DNA from: Candidatus Thorarchaeota archaeon
Lineage (GTDB): Archaea; Asgardarchaeota; Thorarchaeia; Thorarchaeales; Thorarchaeaceae
Length of the DNA stretch: 25,642 bases
Assembly (NCBI GenBank): GCA_020348985.1
Contig: CP070761.1
Location: 2,655,088-2,680,729 of the forward strand
Reading direction: 5' to 3'
In this document: piece by piece, positions 16,429-25,642 of the stretch
How positions within the stretch are numbered: position 1 is the first letter of the stretch
Layout: every line of letters starts with the position of its first letter
Translations under genes and position numbers: made by a program
Notes under the pieces: generated by a model
What the model saw: the letters and a program-made list of their open reading frames with translations, nothing else
Database searches by the model: none
What the model was told of the DNA's origin: nothing

Positions 16429-17520
16429 ATGAGAATTGGGCTGATTAGCAAATTCGGATCAGCAGATGGCTTGTGCGTACGTGCGGCACATGTGCTGAAG
16501 GGACTGGTCGACCATGGGCATGACGTTCATGTCTTCACACAATCCGATAGTATTGATTCTTTGCCGGAGGATAGAATCCATCGATTCAGAGCCGTCCCAG
16601 TTAACCCGCACTTCTATCTCGATTCGCCAGGAGCAGTGAGACTCATAGCTGAGAAGAGCAAGGAGCATAATATTGACCTTCTGCACGTTCAAATGAACTC
16701 CAGCTCCACGGAGTTCCTCTTGCCATTCTACAAGCATGCACTGCCACCGATTGTGACGACATTTCATTTGGCCTATGCCGCGGGGAGCTCAGTTGTTGCC
16801 ACAGCTTTTGCAATCGCATGGAAAGCGTCAATGTTTGCAGCAAAGAGATACGATCACATCATACTAGTTGATCCATCCCAACAGCAAGTTATGGACGAAT
16901 ATGGAATATCTGAGGACAAAACCTCTGTCATCATAAACGGAGTTGATACTGACCTTTTCTGTCCAGGTGAAGGCAGAAACAAAAACGGGTGGATTGACTT
17001 CGTCTATGTCGGCAGGTTGGCAATAGACAAGGGAGTTCACATTCTTCTTGATGCCTTCAAGGAGTTTCATGCTGAGTACAGGAAATCAAGACTAACACTT
17101 GTTGGGGACGGGCTTCTCAAAGCCATGGTGGATGACTGCGTTGATGACGGCTCAGTCCGGTGGTTGGGTGTCTTGGACCATCAACGAGTGCCCGAGGTTC
17201 TGCAGAACGCAGATGTCTTCGTGATTCCTCAGAATATTGGCGGATTGGGCTTGAGTGTAATAGAAGCAATGAGCTGCGGCGTTCCTGTGATAACCACCGC
17301 AATCGGAGAAACTAGGCGTCTGCTAGGACCTGATGAGGGAGTCCTCGTTCAACCCGACAGCTCATCAGCAGTTCTAAATGCAATGCGGCATCTTGCGGAT
17401 GAGGATCTACGTCGCGAGATGGGCGAGCGCTGTCGAATGAAGATTCTGAAGAATTACTCGTGGGAATCGCAAATGGAGCTTCTCGAAGAAACATATCGGA
17501 AAGTCATGAAGCTCACCTGA
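16429..17520 (+). CDS. Glycosyltransferase family 4
   Basis: GHDVHV, VIINGVDTDLF, YVGRLAIDKG, GLSVIEAMSCGVPVI, YSWE. Confidence 0.92.
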   Translation: MRIGLISKFGSADGLCVRAAHVLKGLVDHGHDVHVFTQSDSIDSLPEDRIHRFRAVPVNPHFYLDSPGAVRLIAEKSKEHNIDLLHVQMNSSSTEFLLPFYKHALPPIVTTFHLAYAAGSSVVATAFAIAWKASMFAAKRYDHIILVDPSQQQVMDEYGISEDKTSVIINGVDTDLFCPGEGRNKNGWIDFVYVGRLAIDKGVHILLDAFKEFHAEYRKSRLTLVGDGLLKAMVDDCVDDGSVRWLGVLDHQRVPEVLQNADVFVIPQNIGGLGLSVIEAMSCGVPVITTAIGETRRLLGPDEGVLVQPDSSSAVLNAMRHLADEDLRREMGERCRMKILKNYSWESQMELLEETYRKVMKLT

Positions 17521-17616
17521 TGGGTCCGTGAATCGCCTTCCACATTACTTGCCGCGCAGGACTTATCAATAACACAAGAATCCTTGATGTAGTCATTCAC
17601 CGGAGATTAGAATTCG

Positions 17617-18915
17617 ATGTTGGACATTCGGTTCATCAGAGAGAATCCAGACCTGATACGCCGAGATCTCAAGAGACGCAGAGACGCCAAGAAACTGAAG
17701 ATGTTTGAGCGGCTCTTGGAACTTGATGAAAGAGTGCGTGCACTTGGCAGAGAGATTCAGGAACTTCGAACGCAGCGAAACCGACTCTCAAGAGAGATTG
17801 GCCAGTTGAAGAAATCAGGTGAAGACGACAGCAAAATCGTAGACAAAGTGAACAAGGTAAATGTTGAGATTGGGAAGACCGAAGGTTTGCGGGATGAGCT
17901 GCAAAACGAACTTCGCACTATTCAGATGAGTATTCCAAACATACTTCATGAGTCGGTTCCTTATGGGGAAGATGAGAGTGATAGCGAGGTCATAAGGGAA
18001 TGGGGAGGAAAGCCTGAATTCGATTTCGATGTCCGAAGCCACGTCGACCTCTTGGAGTCTCTTGATGTTGGAGACATTCCAAGGGCAGCAAGAATCGCAG
18101 GATCAAGATTCTACTTCTTGAAGAACGAGCTTGTGATGCTGGATCTTGCGATGCAGCAGATGGCCCTCCTAATGCTTGTCAAGAATGGGTTTACACTGGT
18201 TTATCCCCCCTTCATGATGAGAAAAGCTCCCTACGAAGGCGTGGTAGATTTGGAGGCCTTTGAGAATGTCATGTACAAGATTGAGAATGAAGACCTCTAC
18301 CTGATTGCTACTTCTGAACACCCGCTTGCGGCAATGTACATGGGAGAAATCTTCGAACCCACAGATTTACCCATCCGACTTGCTGGGATTAGCTCATGCT
18401 TCCGGAAAGAAGCAGGAAGCCATGGCAAGGACACAAAGGGTGTTTTCAGGGTACATCAGTTTGAAAAAGTCGAGCAGTTTGTATTTAGCTTGCCTGAAGA
18501 TTCATGGGAGATACATGAAGAGCTTATTCGAATTGAGGAGGAATTCATACAGAAACTGAATCTACCATATCGAGTTGTCAATGTATGTACTGGTGATATG
18601 GGATCTATCGCAGCCAAGAGGTTAGATCTTGAGGTCTGGATGCCTGGACAAGGACGATATCGTGAGGTGGGTTCGTGTAGTAACGCGACAGCTTACCAGG
18701 CAACTAGGCTTGGAATTAAATATAGAGTGAAGAAGGGAGGAACAGAGAAGGCCTATGTTCATACTCTGAACAGCACCATGGTGGCAAATCCCAGAACCAT
18801 CGTAGCCCTAATGGAGAATTGCCAGAGGGAGGACGGAAGCATCCTGATTCCGAAAGCTCTGCACAAGTATCTCCCATCGAACATGCGAGAGATAGTTCCC
18901 AAGAAGAAAGACTGA
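17617..18915 (+). CDS. serS: Serine--tRNA ligase
   Basis: MLDIRFIRENP coiled-coil arm, LIATSE, CFRKEAG, FRVHQFEKVEQF, EVGSCSN, HTLNST. Confidence 0.98.
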   Translation: MLDIRFIRENPDLIRRDLKRRRDAKKLKMFERLLELDERVRALGREIQELRTQRNRLSREIGQLKKSGEDDSKIVDKVNKVNVEIGKTEGLRDELQNELRTIQMSIPNILHESVPYGEDESDSEVIREWGGKPEFDFDVRSHVDLLESLDVGDIPRAARIAGSRFYFLKNELVMLDLAMQQMALLMLVKNGFTLVYPPFMMRKAPYEGVVDLEAFENVMYKIENEDLYLIATSEHPLAAMYMGEIFEPTDLPIRLAGISSCFRKEAGSHGKDTKGVFRVHQFEKVEQFVFSLPEDSWEIHEELIRIEEEFIQKLNLPYRVVNVCTGDMGSIAAKRLDLEVWMPGQGRYREVGSCSNATAYQATRLGIKYRVKKGGTEKAYVHTLNSTMVANPRTIVALMENCQREDGSILIPKALHKYLPSNMREIVPKKKD

Positions 18916-18942
18916 TTGTGGATTGTTCACGTTCAAATCGAA

Positions 18943-19397
18943 TTATCGAGTGGCAAGATAAAGTTGAAGAATCGACACGACTTTGTCAACGGCCCATTCC
19001 ACATAGTCATTGCACTTCTTTCCAATTGGGCAGTCAATTCGATTTGTCCCCGTCTGTTCTATCTCACCCCGGTCCAGGCCCTCAATTTGCTACACCTTGT
19101 GGACCCCCAAGCATCTGAGAATCCTTGGACAAAGTCCGTTGTCGCTGTTTTCACTGCATCACGTTTGGCCTTCAGCGTTGAACCGATTTCAGATTCGTCC
19201 GGGCCCGATGAAAGACCCAAGGACATAGCTGCTCCTGTAACTGCACCAAAAGTTCTTCCTGTTCCTCCAATCCCGCCGCAAAAGGCGGAGGCAATCCGAA
19301 TGCAAGAAGGTGTGAATTATTTGAGACCTATCCGTCGATTCACATCCGCGAGTACGGTCCCGGAACGACGAAGGTCGTGTCGAATGAGGTCCGCCAT
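18943..19397 (-). pseudogene. Disrupted C_GCAxxG_C_C family putative redox protein
   Basis: Manual translation: MADLIRHDLRRSGTVL...GLK*FTPSCIRIASAFCGGIGGTGRTFGAVTGAAMSLGL...FSDAWGSTRCSKL/frameshift/GLD...KKCNDYVEWAVDKV. In-frame TAA at 19319-19317 and a frameshift near 19081. Confidence 0.78.
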
Positions 19398-19501
19398 GAT
19401 TTTTCCAACTCGAACGACACTCTCTTTTAGGAATAAAGCGTTCGTTCTAGAGTAACCAATCATCAAGCTTAAAACTGTGCAATAATCCCTCGGCACAGTG
19501 A

Positions 19502-19978
19502 GTGCTAATGAGTTCAGTTCAACAGTCGTTTGAGAAGCTGATTTCTCTCGCGATTAAAAGAGAGGACGAAGCCTACGAATTCTATACAAAAGCTGCAGAG
19601 AACGCCGAACAAGTTTCTTCGAAGAAGCTCTTGATAGAACTGGCAAGGCAGGAAGAGGGACACAAGAAGAAGCTTCAATCTGCACTAGGGGAAGGCTTAT
19701 GCGACACATTCACTTGTGAGACAATTGAGGAGCTTGAGGAGATGGACCTGAGTCAGTATCTTACTGACGTGCCACTGAAGCCATCATCGTCATCACAAGA
19801 CATTCTCATTGTGGCGATAAAGAGGGAAGAGGGGGCATTCGAATTTTATAAAGCTCTGTCCGAGCTTACAGGTGATCCATCTCATAGGGCAGTCTTTGAG
19901 ACTCTGGCTGGTGAAGAAAAGAAACACAAAGAGCTGTTGGAATCAATCTACGACGAACGAATCCAGCCTTGGATGTAG
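19502..19978 (+). CDS. Ferritin-like, rubrerythrin-family di-iron protein without a rubredoxin domain
   Basis: Duplicated AIKRE-x3-[YF]EFY...EExxH motifs. Confidence 0.9.
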   Translation: MLMSSVQQSFEKLISLAIKREDEAYEFYTKAAENAEQVSSKKLLIELARQEEGHKKKLQSALGEGLCDTFTCETIEELEEMDLSQYLTDVPLKPSSSSQDILIVAIKREEGAFEFYKALSELTGDPSHRAVFETLAGEEKKHKELLESIYDERIQPWM

Positions 19979-20010
19979 GGGGAGTACATCAAACCCCCCC
20001 CGTTTCTTTT
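19978..20010 (+). terminator. G/C stem plus T-tract between convergent genes
   Basis: G5 19978-19982, C8 19994-20001, TTTCTTTT 20003-20010. Confidence 0.55.
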
Positions 20011-20020
20011 GATCTTGCTG

Positions 20021-21301
20021 TCAGGTCTTGTGAAGTCTTGGCGCAGCAATGAAGGTTAGACCTTTCTTGGTGAGAGCTTCCGCTGTTCGATTGAGAGCGG
20101 CATGCTTATCCAAGTAGTTCTGTGTCATCATGGGCATGAGTCCTTGAGACATTATATCTTCTTTCGGCATGAAGTAGTCCAGAATGTCACTGGGATGTTC
20201 TCTGGTAGCCTCGACTTCCGGCGCCCCGCCCTCATGCTTGGCACTGATATTCTTGACATGATCTGACAGTTCGAGCAATTCATCAAGTCTGTCATAAGGC
20301 TGCCTTACTATGCTCTTTGCAGTCTCTGTGATGTGGTGTTCAATTCGAACCACATCCTCAAAGCCGAATTCTTCTCGGATATATGCGGAGAGCTCGATTG
20401 TTTCGTTGTCAACGCTGTTGGAGAGATTGAATCCAATCAACGGACTTGTGCCATCAGGCCGGCTGAAAAGCTTCGCAGTCATCAATGTCCATAGAGCCGA
20501 GTAGGGATTGTCATTTCCCATGAAAACGGATATCTTGAACTCCATATCGATACCAAGCTTGTGCATCATGTATCCAATCAGAACTGTACCAGGGTTGATG
20601 TTCAGGACCTGCTTCACCCCATAACTAGTGTAGAAATGGAGATACTCATCGGCCCAATCAAGCGCAAACCTGTTTGGCTGACCAACACCGCCAAAGTAAC
20701 CTGTGATAGTATCCGGGCCTCCGAGGTGTATGTTGGATGGCATACCGTTAGGCCCCGGAAGAGTGCCCTTTGTGTCGAGTGTTTCAACATATGACGATCC
20801 CGTGATTTGCATAGCGGCAGCAAAGGCAATCACATCGTTGTCTTCCTCTTGTTCCTTCATTCTCCGTACACGGATGAAACGACCTGGCATTAGGTCGCGA
20901 TTGTCTATCGCAGCTTTGGCCTCTTCTATCACCCATGGGAAGTACTGACAAGCACTAATCTCGAGTGTCACTGCGAATGCATCATCAAAGTCAATTGAAT
21001 CTGCTTTGGCACCAAGAATCTTGCGACGATAGTCAGCTACAGAGATGAAGGCGTCTTCATCTCGGACTTCTTGCAGCCATTCGAGATCCTTGACATAGGG
21101 GGACTTCTTTTCTTCAAGTAGCGAGAGTAGGTAGTCTAGCTCCCGAGTCTCACTTGCCTTGCGATTTATCTCATCCACTCCGCCATACTTGTCGATGACT
21201 GCAAGAAGGCTGTTGACCAGGGGATTGCTCTCATCGAGCAAGATCGCGTTGACCTCTTCAAGTCGTTCTGAATCAATACGAATCTTTTCTCTATCCACCA
21301 T
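20021..21301 (-). CDS. Hypothetical 426-aa protein, enzyme-like, function unknown
   Basis: Long ORF with motif-like blocks (TLEISACQYFPW, MPGRFIRVR, LDTKGT, NIHLGGPDTITGYFGGVGQPN, RIEHHITE, SAKHEG). Family not recognised. Confidence 0.8.
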   Translation of the reverse strand: MVDREKIRIDSERLEEVNAILLDESNPLVNSLLAVIDKYGGVDEINRKASETRELDYLLSLLEEKKSPYVKDLEWLQEVRDEDAFISVADYRRKILGAKADSIDFDDAFAVTLEISACQYFPWVIEEAKAAIDNRDLMPGRFIRVRRMKEQEEDNDVIAFAAAMQITGSSYVETLDTKGTLPGPNGMPSNIHLGGPDTITGYFGGVGQPNRFALDWADEYLHFYTSYGVKQVLNINPGTVLIGYMMHKLGIDMEFKISVFMGNDNPYSALWTLMTAKLFSRPDGTSPLIGFNLSNSVDNETIELSAYIREEFGFEDVVRIEHHITETAKSIVRQPYDRLDELLELSDHVKNISAKHEGGAPEVEATREHPSDILDYFMPKEDIMSQGLMPMMTQNYLDKHAALNRTAEALTKKGLTFIAAPRLHKT

Positions 21302-21409
21302 TTCAGGCTACATCCCACTCAGATATCGCCAGTTGATTCCCAGTAGCATAGACCTCAGTGCAAATCCTCCTAAAAAGAGATGCTCACCATGTCTTGCTGT
21401 CGCTGTTTT

Positions 21410-22006
21410 TCAGAGTCTCGTCATGGCTAGTCGCGCTCTCAAGAAATTGCGCACGGTGGGTCCGACAAGTAGTGTCACACTCGCACCAGCTAGTACCTGA
21501 ATCGAATTCACGAAGACTAGCTCGGCTAGAGCAGCCTCGAATCCATACAGGAACACTTCTGCGGAGAAGTAACCAACAAGCATCACAAATGCTCCAACGA
21601 TTACAGCTACCGCGTCCCACATGTGGATTTCGTCTTGGTTCCATGACCAACGAGTGATGAGACCAACCATCATTCCTTCACAGCCCTTGACAACGAATGT
21701 TATTGGAGCGAAGTGAGCATAAGCTAGGAGTATATCCGCTGTAGCAGAACCTCCTCCGCCCGCAACGAATCCTCCAAGCGGGCCAAGCAGCAATCCACTC
21801 AGCATCACAAATGCGTCTCCCAAGTTGAAATAGCCAGTTGTTGTCGGGAAGGGTATCAAGAATATTGCTGTCCCGACTGTTGTCAACGCAAGCATGATTG
21901 CAAGTAGTGCGATGTACTTCACCCAAGTAGAGAACGCAGAAGGCTCAAAGGGCACTTCAGATAGGTCGATTTCGTCATCTCGGTCATCGATATTGCTATC
22001 GTTCAA
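21410..22006 (-). CDS. ECF transporter S component
   Basis: GYFNLGD, LLGPLGGFVAGGGGSATAD, APITFVVKGCEG; 5-6 TM helices. TTG at 22006 preferred. Confidence 0.88.
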   Translation of the reverse strand: MNDSNIDDRDDEIDLSEVPFEPSAFSTWVKYIALLAIMLALTTVGTAIFLIPFPTTTGYFNLGDAFVMLSGLLLGPLGGFVAGGGGSATADILLAYAHFAPITFVVKGCEGMMVGLITRWSWNQDEIHMWDAVAVIVGAFVMLVGYFSAEVFLYGFEAALAELVFVNSIQVLAGASVTLLVGPTVRNFLRARLAMTRL

Positions 22007-22238
22007 GATTGGGCACCAGCAACGAGAGTTTTGATCAATCAAGATGCGAAGACCCAGCATTATGGGCTATGGATTTCAAACTGTCGGATGCATATAATTC
22101 TGAGCATCCAAGTGTGCTCACAAATGTCGTTTGATGTACAATACCGTCACACGCGAAGTGTTTTAACTCATGAGACCCAAAACGTGCCATCGGGCTTGTC
22201 TAAGGAACTGCCCGGAGTGCACCAAGAGGTAGGGAAGA

Positions 22239-22616
22239 ATGTCGAAGAAGTGGATTCAAACAGCAGATTGGAAGACTGAGAAACACGTTCCTGCTATCAA
22301 AGTGAAGAAGTTTGAAGATGGTATCGCCAAAGTGATTGTGAAAGTTGGAGAAGAAATTGCACATCCGAACACAACGGCACATCATATCAAATGGATTGAC
22401 TTGTTCTTCTGGCCAGAGGGTGGAAAGTTTCCAGTAGAGATTGGGTACTGTACCTTTGATCACCATGGAGAGGGTGCTGGAGGAGCCGATACAAGCGGCA
22501 TCTATACTGAGCCTGTTGCCAAGTTTGTCTTCAAAACAGACAAGACCGGTTCTCTGATGGCTACGGCCTACTGCAACATCCATGGTCTATGGAAGAACGA
22601 GGCAGAACTGAAGTAG
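22239..22616 (+). CDS. sor: Superoxide reductase, class II (neelaredoxin/SORL)
   Basis: EKHVP, HPNTTAHHIKWI, YCNIHGLW. Confidence 0.93.
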   Translation: MSKKWIQTADWKTEKHVPAIKVKKFEDGIAKVIVKVGEEIAHPNTTAHHIKWIDLFFWPEGGKFPVEIGYCTFDHHGEGAGGADTSGIYTEPVAKFVFKTDKTGSLMATAYCNIHGLWKNEAELK

Positions 22617-22638
22617 AAGCAGAGCAGCCAGAACATCA

Positions 22639-22672
22639 TGGCCTGTGCGATGAGCAGGCCAACGGTTTTCTT
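22639..22672 (+). terminator. Hairpin plus T-rich tract after sor
   Basis: TGGCCTG 22639-22645/CAGGCCA 22655-22661, then GGTTTTCTT. Confidence 0.5.
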
Positions 22673-22676
22673 CAAG

Positions 22677-23057
22677 TTAGGCATCTGCAATTTTCCTTTG
22701 AGAAAGCTGTATCCAGTTTCCTTCAGGGTCTCTCAATGTAGCAAAGAGTGACGGACCCTCGTCTCTGATCTTGGGTGTGCCGTAGAACTGGATTCCCTTC
22801 TTTTCAAGTGTGTCAACCGCCTCCTTCACATCAGTAACCCGGAAGGATATCATGATTCTCTGAGTCTCGGCTTCGGAAGAATCATCACCTACGGCCTCAA
22901 TCGCAAAACGGGTGGGAGGACGACCCAAGTCAAAGACAAACTCACTCCAATCTGAGTCCGAGTAGCCCAGCTCAATGCCTAATTTGTCTCTATACCATTC
23001 CACCATCTTGGTTGAAGCTCTGGCATGAACGAAGACCACATCAATTCCAATTATCAT
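22677..23057 (-). CDS. VOC family (glyoxalase/bleomycin-resistance) protein
   Basis: WYRDKLG, ISFRVTDVKEAVDTLEKKG, LRDPEGNWIQL. ATG at 23057 preferred. Confidence 0.9.
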   Translation of the reverse strand: MIIGIDVVFVHARASTKMVEWYRDKLGIELGYSDSDWSEFVFDLGRPPTRFAIEAVGDDSSEAETQRIMISFRVTDVKEAVDTLEKKGIQFYGTPKIRDEGPSLFATLRDPEGNWIQLSQRKIADA

Positions 23058-23155
23058 TGCATTCCACTCTCTGTGCTCCTTGAGCATTGATGGATTTTCG
23101 GTTATCAACGTAGTCCTTTACGGTCATGTGTCATGTTGTCTAAGCAGATTATTCT

Positions 23156-23983
23156 CTAGGCGCTATCGTCGAGCATTCTTATGACCTGTGTGAGAACTGC
23201 CGAAATCACTTGGCGTTGAAGAATCGCTATCAGAGGGACTCGTACTATCAACGCCCAGGGCTTGACTTGTTCCCGGTAGCTTCCAAACATGGCGATGCTT
23301 TCTGTATTGTCAGCTATAATGACTCCCATTTGCGTGGGATTCCATTCATCCGTGATAGCGTCTTCCTGCATCACTTTGGCGAATTGAGCTGCGAGAGCAT
23401 GTGGGCTAAAGGCACTAACATCGGTCATGCGGGCATAGTGTGCAAACTCAGGCCATTCCTCCATAAACACTTTTGATGTCACTAGCTGAATCTCTACGCC
23501 GCTTTTCTTTGCGTTAGCCAGTGACGGACGAGCGGTGCTCAGAATCTGAGGATCAAGCGTTGCTATGAAGATCTCATCTCTCGCCCTATTTATGATACCT
23601 TGTATCTCAATCCTGATTTGATCTTCTCCCTCTACAGTATACACGTACTCCCTCCCCTCAGTTTCTCTCTCATTCTCAATGCTTTCGAGAGCACTCTGAA
23701 CGACAGCTCCTGACTGTTGTATCTTATCGAGGAGAAGTGTAATTGCCTCTTTGGGAGGATAAGGTCTGAACTGTGCAGGGTCTGTTCCTAAGACACGTCT
23801 GACTATGCCTCTAGCTTCGAGAGAGTACAGAACATCATACACCTTGCTTCGAGGAACACCTGAAATGTCAGCAACACTTCTCGCTGTGGTCTGACCGAGG
23901 ATGACAAGCGCTTTGTACGCCTTGGCCTCGTTCAGGTGAAGCCCTAGACTCATCATGTTTGATACAGTATCGTCATGGGACAT
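23156..23983 (-). CDS. TrmB family transcriptional regulator
   Basis: LGLHLNEAKAYKAL...SGVPRSKVYDVLYSLEARG plus a C-terminal effector domain (ARDEIFI, IIADN). ATG at 23983 preferred. Confidence 0.9.
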   Translation of the reverse strand: MSHDDTVSNMMSLGLHLNEAKAYKALVILGQTTARSVADISGVPRSKVYDVLYSLEARGIVRRVLGTDPAQFRPYPPKEAITLLLDKIQQSGAVVQSALESIENERETEGREYVYTVEGEDQIRIEIQGIINRARDEIFIATLDPQILSTARPSLANAKKSGVEIQLVTSKVFMEEWPEFAHYARMTDVSAFSPHALAAQFAKVMQEDAITDEWNPTQMGVIIADNTESIAMFGSYREQVKPWALIVRVPLIAILQRQVISAVLTQVIRMLDDSA

Positions 23984-24202
23984 AATTGTGGCATAGTGTC
24001 GATTTCTTTTCAATCCCTTGTCACTTTTGAGGTGACAGCCCAGTAGTCTGTCTAGGTCCTCAGTCAATAATAGCTTAAGCTGAACTGATCCACGTATTTC
24101 CGCATAGTCGAAACAACTGCTTGAAAAAAGAGAGAGAACCAGCATCTCACCATGAGATTGGCCATGTTTGCAAGATGAGGAGCACTTACCGTAACACCTG
24201 AA

Positions 24203-25216
24203 GTGACACGAGTTTCATATCTTTATGAGGGCATATTCCAGATGGTGGTTAGCCTGGCTTCAATGATAGAGATTCGTGACCTTTCACACATCTACAGTGG
24301 AAGAACGAAAGCTTTGGACAGTCTCTCTTTCTCAGTCGAGCGTGGAGAAGTTGTCGGATTACTGGGCCCCAATGGTGCTGGAAAATCCACAGCAGTCAAG
24401 CTGATTACAGGGATTCTACGCCCGACCTCAGGCAGTGTGAAAGTTGCTGGCCTCGAGGTCTCTGAGAATCTGGCTGAAATCCGCGAAAGGATCGGTTTCA
24501 TGCCGCAAGAGACTTCTCTCTATGAGGACCTAACAGCTCACGAGATCTTGGAGTATCATGCCGACCTCTATCGTGTTCCTAAGGGCGAGGTTTCAGAACG
24601 AGTTGCTAGGATGCTTGAGCTAGCTGGTTTAACCCACAGAAAAGATGATCGTATCAAGACCTACTCAGGGGGTATGAAACGAAGACTCGCACTTGTTCGT
24701 ACGATACTCCATGATTCGGAGTTGCTTATACTAGATGAGATGTCTCTTGGAGTTGATGTCCAGAGTCGGAACCTGATTTGGAATCAGGTCAGAAAGCTGA
24801 GGGATGATGGCCTAACTGTGCTTTTCTGTACTAACTACATGGACGAAGCAGAAGCGTTAGCAGACCGTGTTATCGTGATTGACAATGGTAAACTAGTCAC
24901 GGAGGGAACACCTGATGCTTTGAAACGTGAGCATGTAGGCAACTATCTGATTGAGGCACTTTTGGAGGGTATGGACCCCGAGAATGATGATTCTTGGCTT
25001 AGTGGAAGACTAGGAATGGAGGTTGAGAAACTTAGCGAGCCGCTGGATGATCATCCGAGGACCGCATGGATCAAGAGCCAGTCTGGTCACTCAGATCTTC
25101 CACATGTCATAGGGAAATTGACGGATTTGGGCCTTGTCGTCAAACAAGTGGCTTTGAGAGAGCCGTCCTTGGGAGACGTATTCTTGGCCATCACAGGTTC
25201 GAAGCTGAGGGATTAG
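24203..25216 (+). CDS. ABC transporter ATP-binding subunit (DrrA-like); true start probably 24242 or 24263
   Basis: Walker A GPNGAGKS, signature YSGGMKRR, Walker B LILDE, C-terminal PSLGDVFLAITG. Confidence 0.95.
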   Translation: MTRVSYLYEGIFQMVVSLASMIEIRDLSHIYSGRTKALDSLSFSVERGEVVGLLGPNGAGKSTAVKLITGILRPTSGSVKVAGLEVSENLAEIRERIGFMPQETSLYEDLTAHEILEYHADLYRVPKGEVSERVARMLELAGLTHRKDDRIKTYSGGMKRRLALVRTILHDSELLILDEMSLGVDVQSRNLIWNQVRKLRDDGLTVLFCTNYMDEAEALADRVIVIDNGKLVTEGTPDALKREHVGNYLIEALLEGMDPENDDSWLSGRLGMEVEKLSEPLDDHPRTAWIKSQSGHSDLPHVIGKLTDLGLVVKQVALREPSLGDVFLAITGSKLRD

Positions 25217-25218
25217 GC

Positions 25219-25642
25219 GTGCTACGCGAGATACTTGCAGTTGCTAGAAAAGACCTCAAGCAGGCTAAGCGCGATCCTCGTTTTATGGCTCCTAGTCTGA
25301 TTGTTCCGTTTGTCCTGGCACTCGTTTATACAATCATGTGGGCACAAGTTGGCGGAGGAGAGTCTTTTGTGTGTGGTCTGGTAGTGGAGGATCAATCATC
25401 TCAGGCTAATGAAATGGCCGAAATTCTGGAGAATATGGTTTCTACAACTAACCACACTTGGTTTGAGATGACACGATACAACCTAGAAGATGCATCTCGA
25501 ATGTTCCAAGATGGCGTCCTGATTGCTTACATCCTGATCCCAGAGGGTTTCGGAGCAAATGTCACGTCAGGGACGAAGGGTACCGTTGTTATCTACATCG
25601 CGAATCTAAATGACGACATAGTGAAGAACTACATTCACAGAA
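25219..25642 (+). CDS. ABC-2 type permease (partial, runs off the window)
   Basis: Manual translation from GTG: MLREILAVARKDLKQAKRDPRFMAPSLIVPFVLALVY...VEDQSS...YILIPEGF. Confidence 0.9.
   Translation, partial: MLREILAVARKDLKQAKRDPRFMAPSLIVPFVLALVYTIMWAQVGGGESFVCGLVVEDQSSQANEMAEILENMVSTTNHTWFEMTRYNLEDASRMFQDGVLIAYILIPEGFGANVTSGTKGTVVIYIANLNDDIVKNYIHR

Noticed and set aside
18916-19455. 179-aa + strand ORF after serS
   Set aside because: Antisense shadow of the C_GCAxxG_C_C pseudogene.
807-24501. Numerous 60-125 aa ORFs nested in or antisense to the assigned genes
   Set aside because: They overlap well-supported CDSs and show no motifs.

Overview
Gene-dense archaeal chromosomal window. The archaeal call rests on AfpA flavoprotein, Mer-like LLM enzymes, geranylgeranyl reductase, TrmB and TATA-like promoters. 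An Asgard (Thorarchaeia-like) origin is inferred from the WD40 protein and the tandem Lrp-like wHTH proteins, but is not proven. Housekeeping and metabolic genes include a bacterial-type rph, a udp-like phosphorylase, nth, serS, a GT4 glycosyltransferase, an ECF S component, SOR, a ferritin-like rubrerythrin and an ABC exporter. There is also an orphan SPPY-type DNA methyltransferase and a C_GCAxxG_C_C pseudogene missed by the ORF track. Two loci are the most unusual. (1) At 11685-15560, two paralogous double Lrp/wHTH proteins are transcribed away from a ~1.2 kb region. That region holds helically phased CTAG pairs and a string of micro-ORFs, two of which end in a shared EP[ST]P[FW] motif and one in an HbYX-like YYF. 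(2) At 2391-2933, a protein resembles the REC/WED half of TnpB/Cas12f with no RuvC domain. It sits behind a nucleotidyltransferase gene and diverges from RNase PH.
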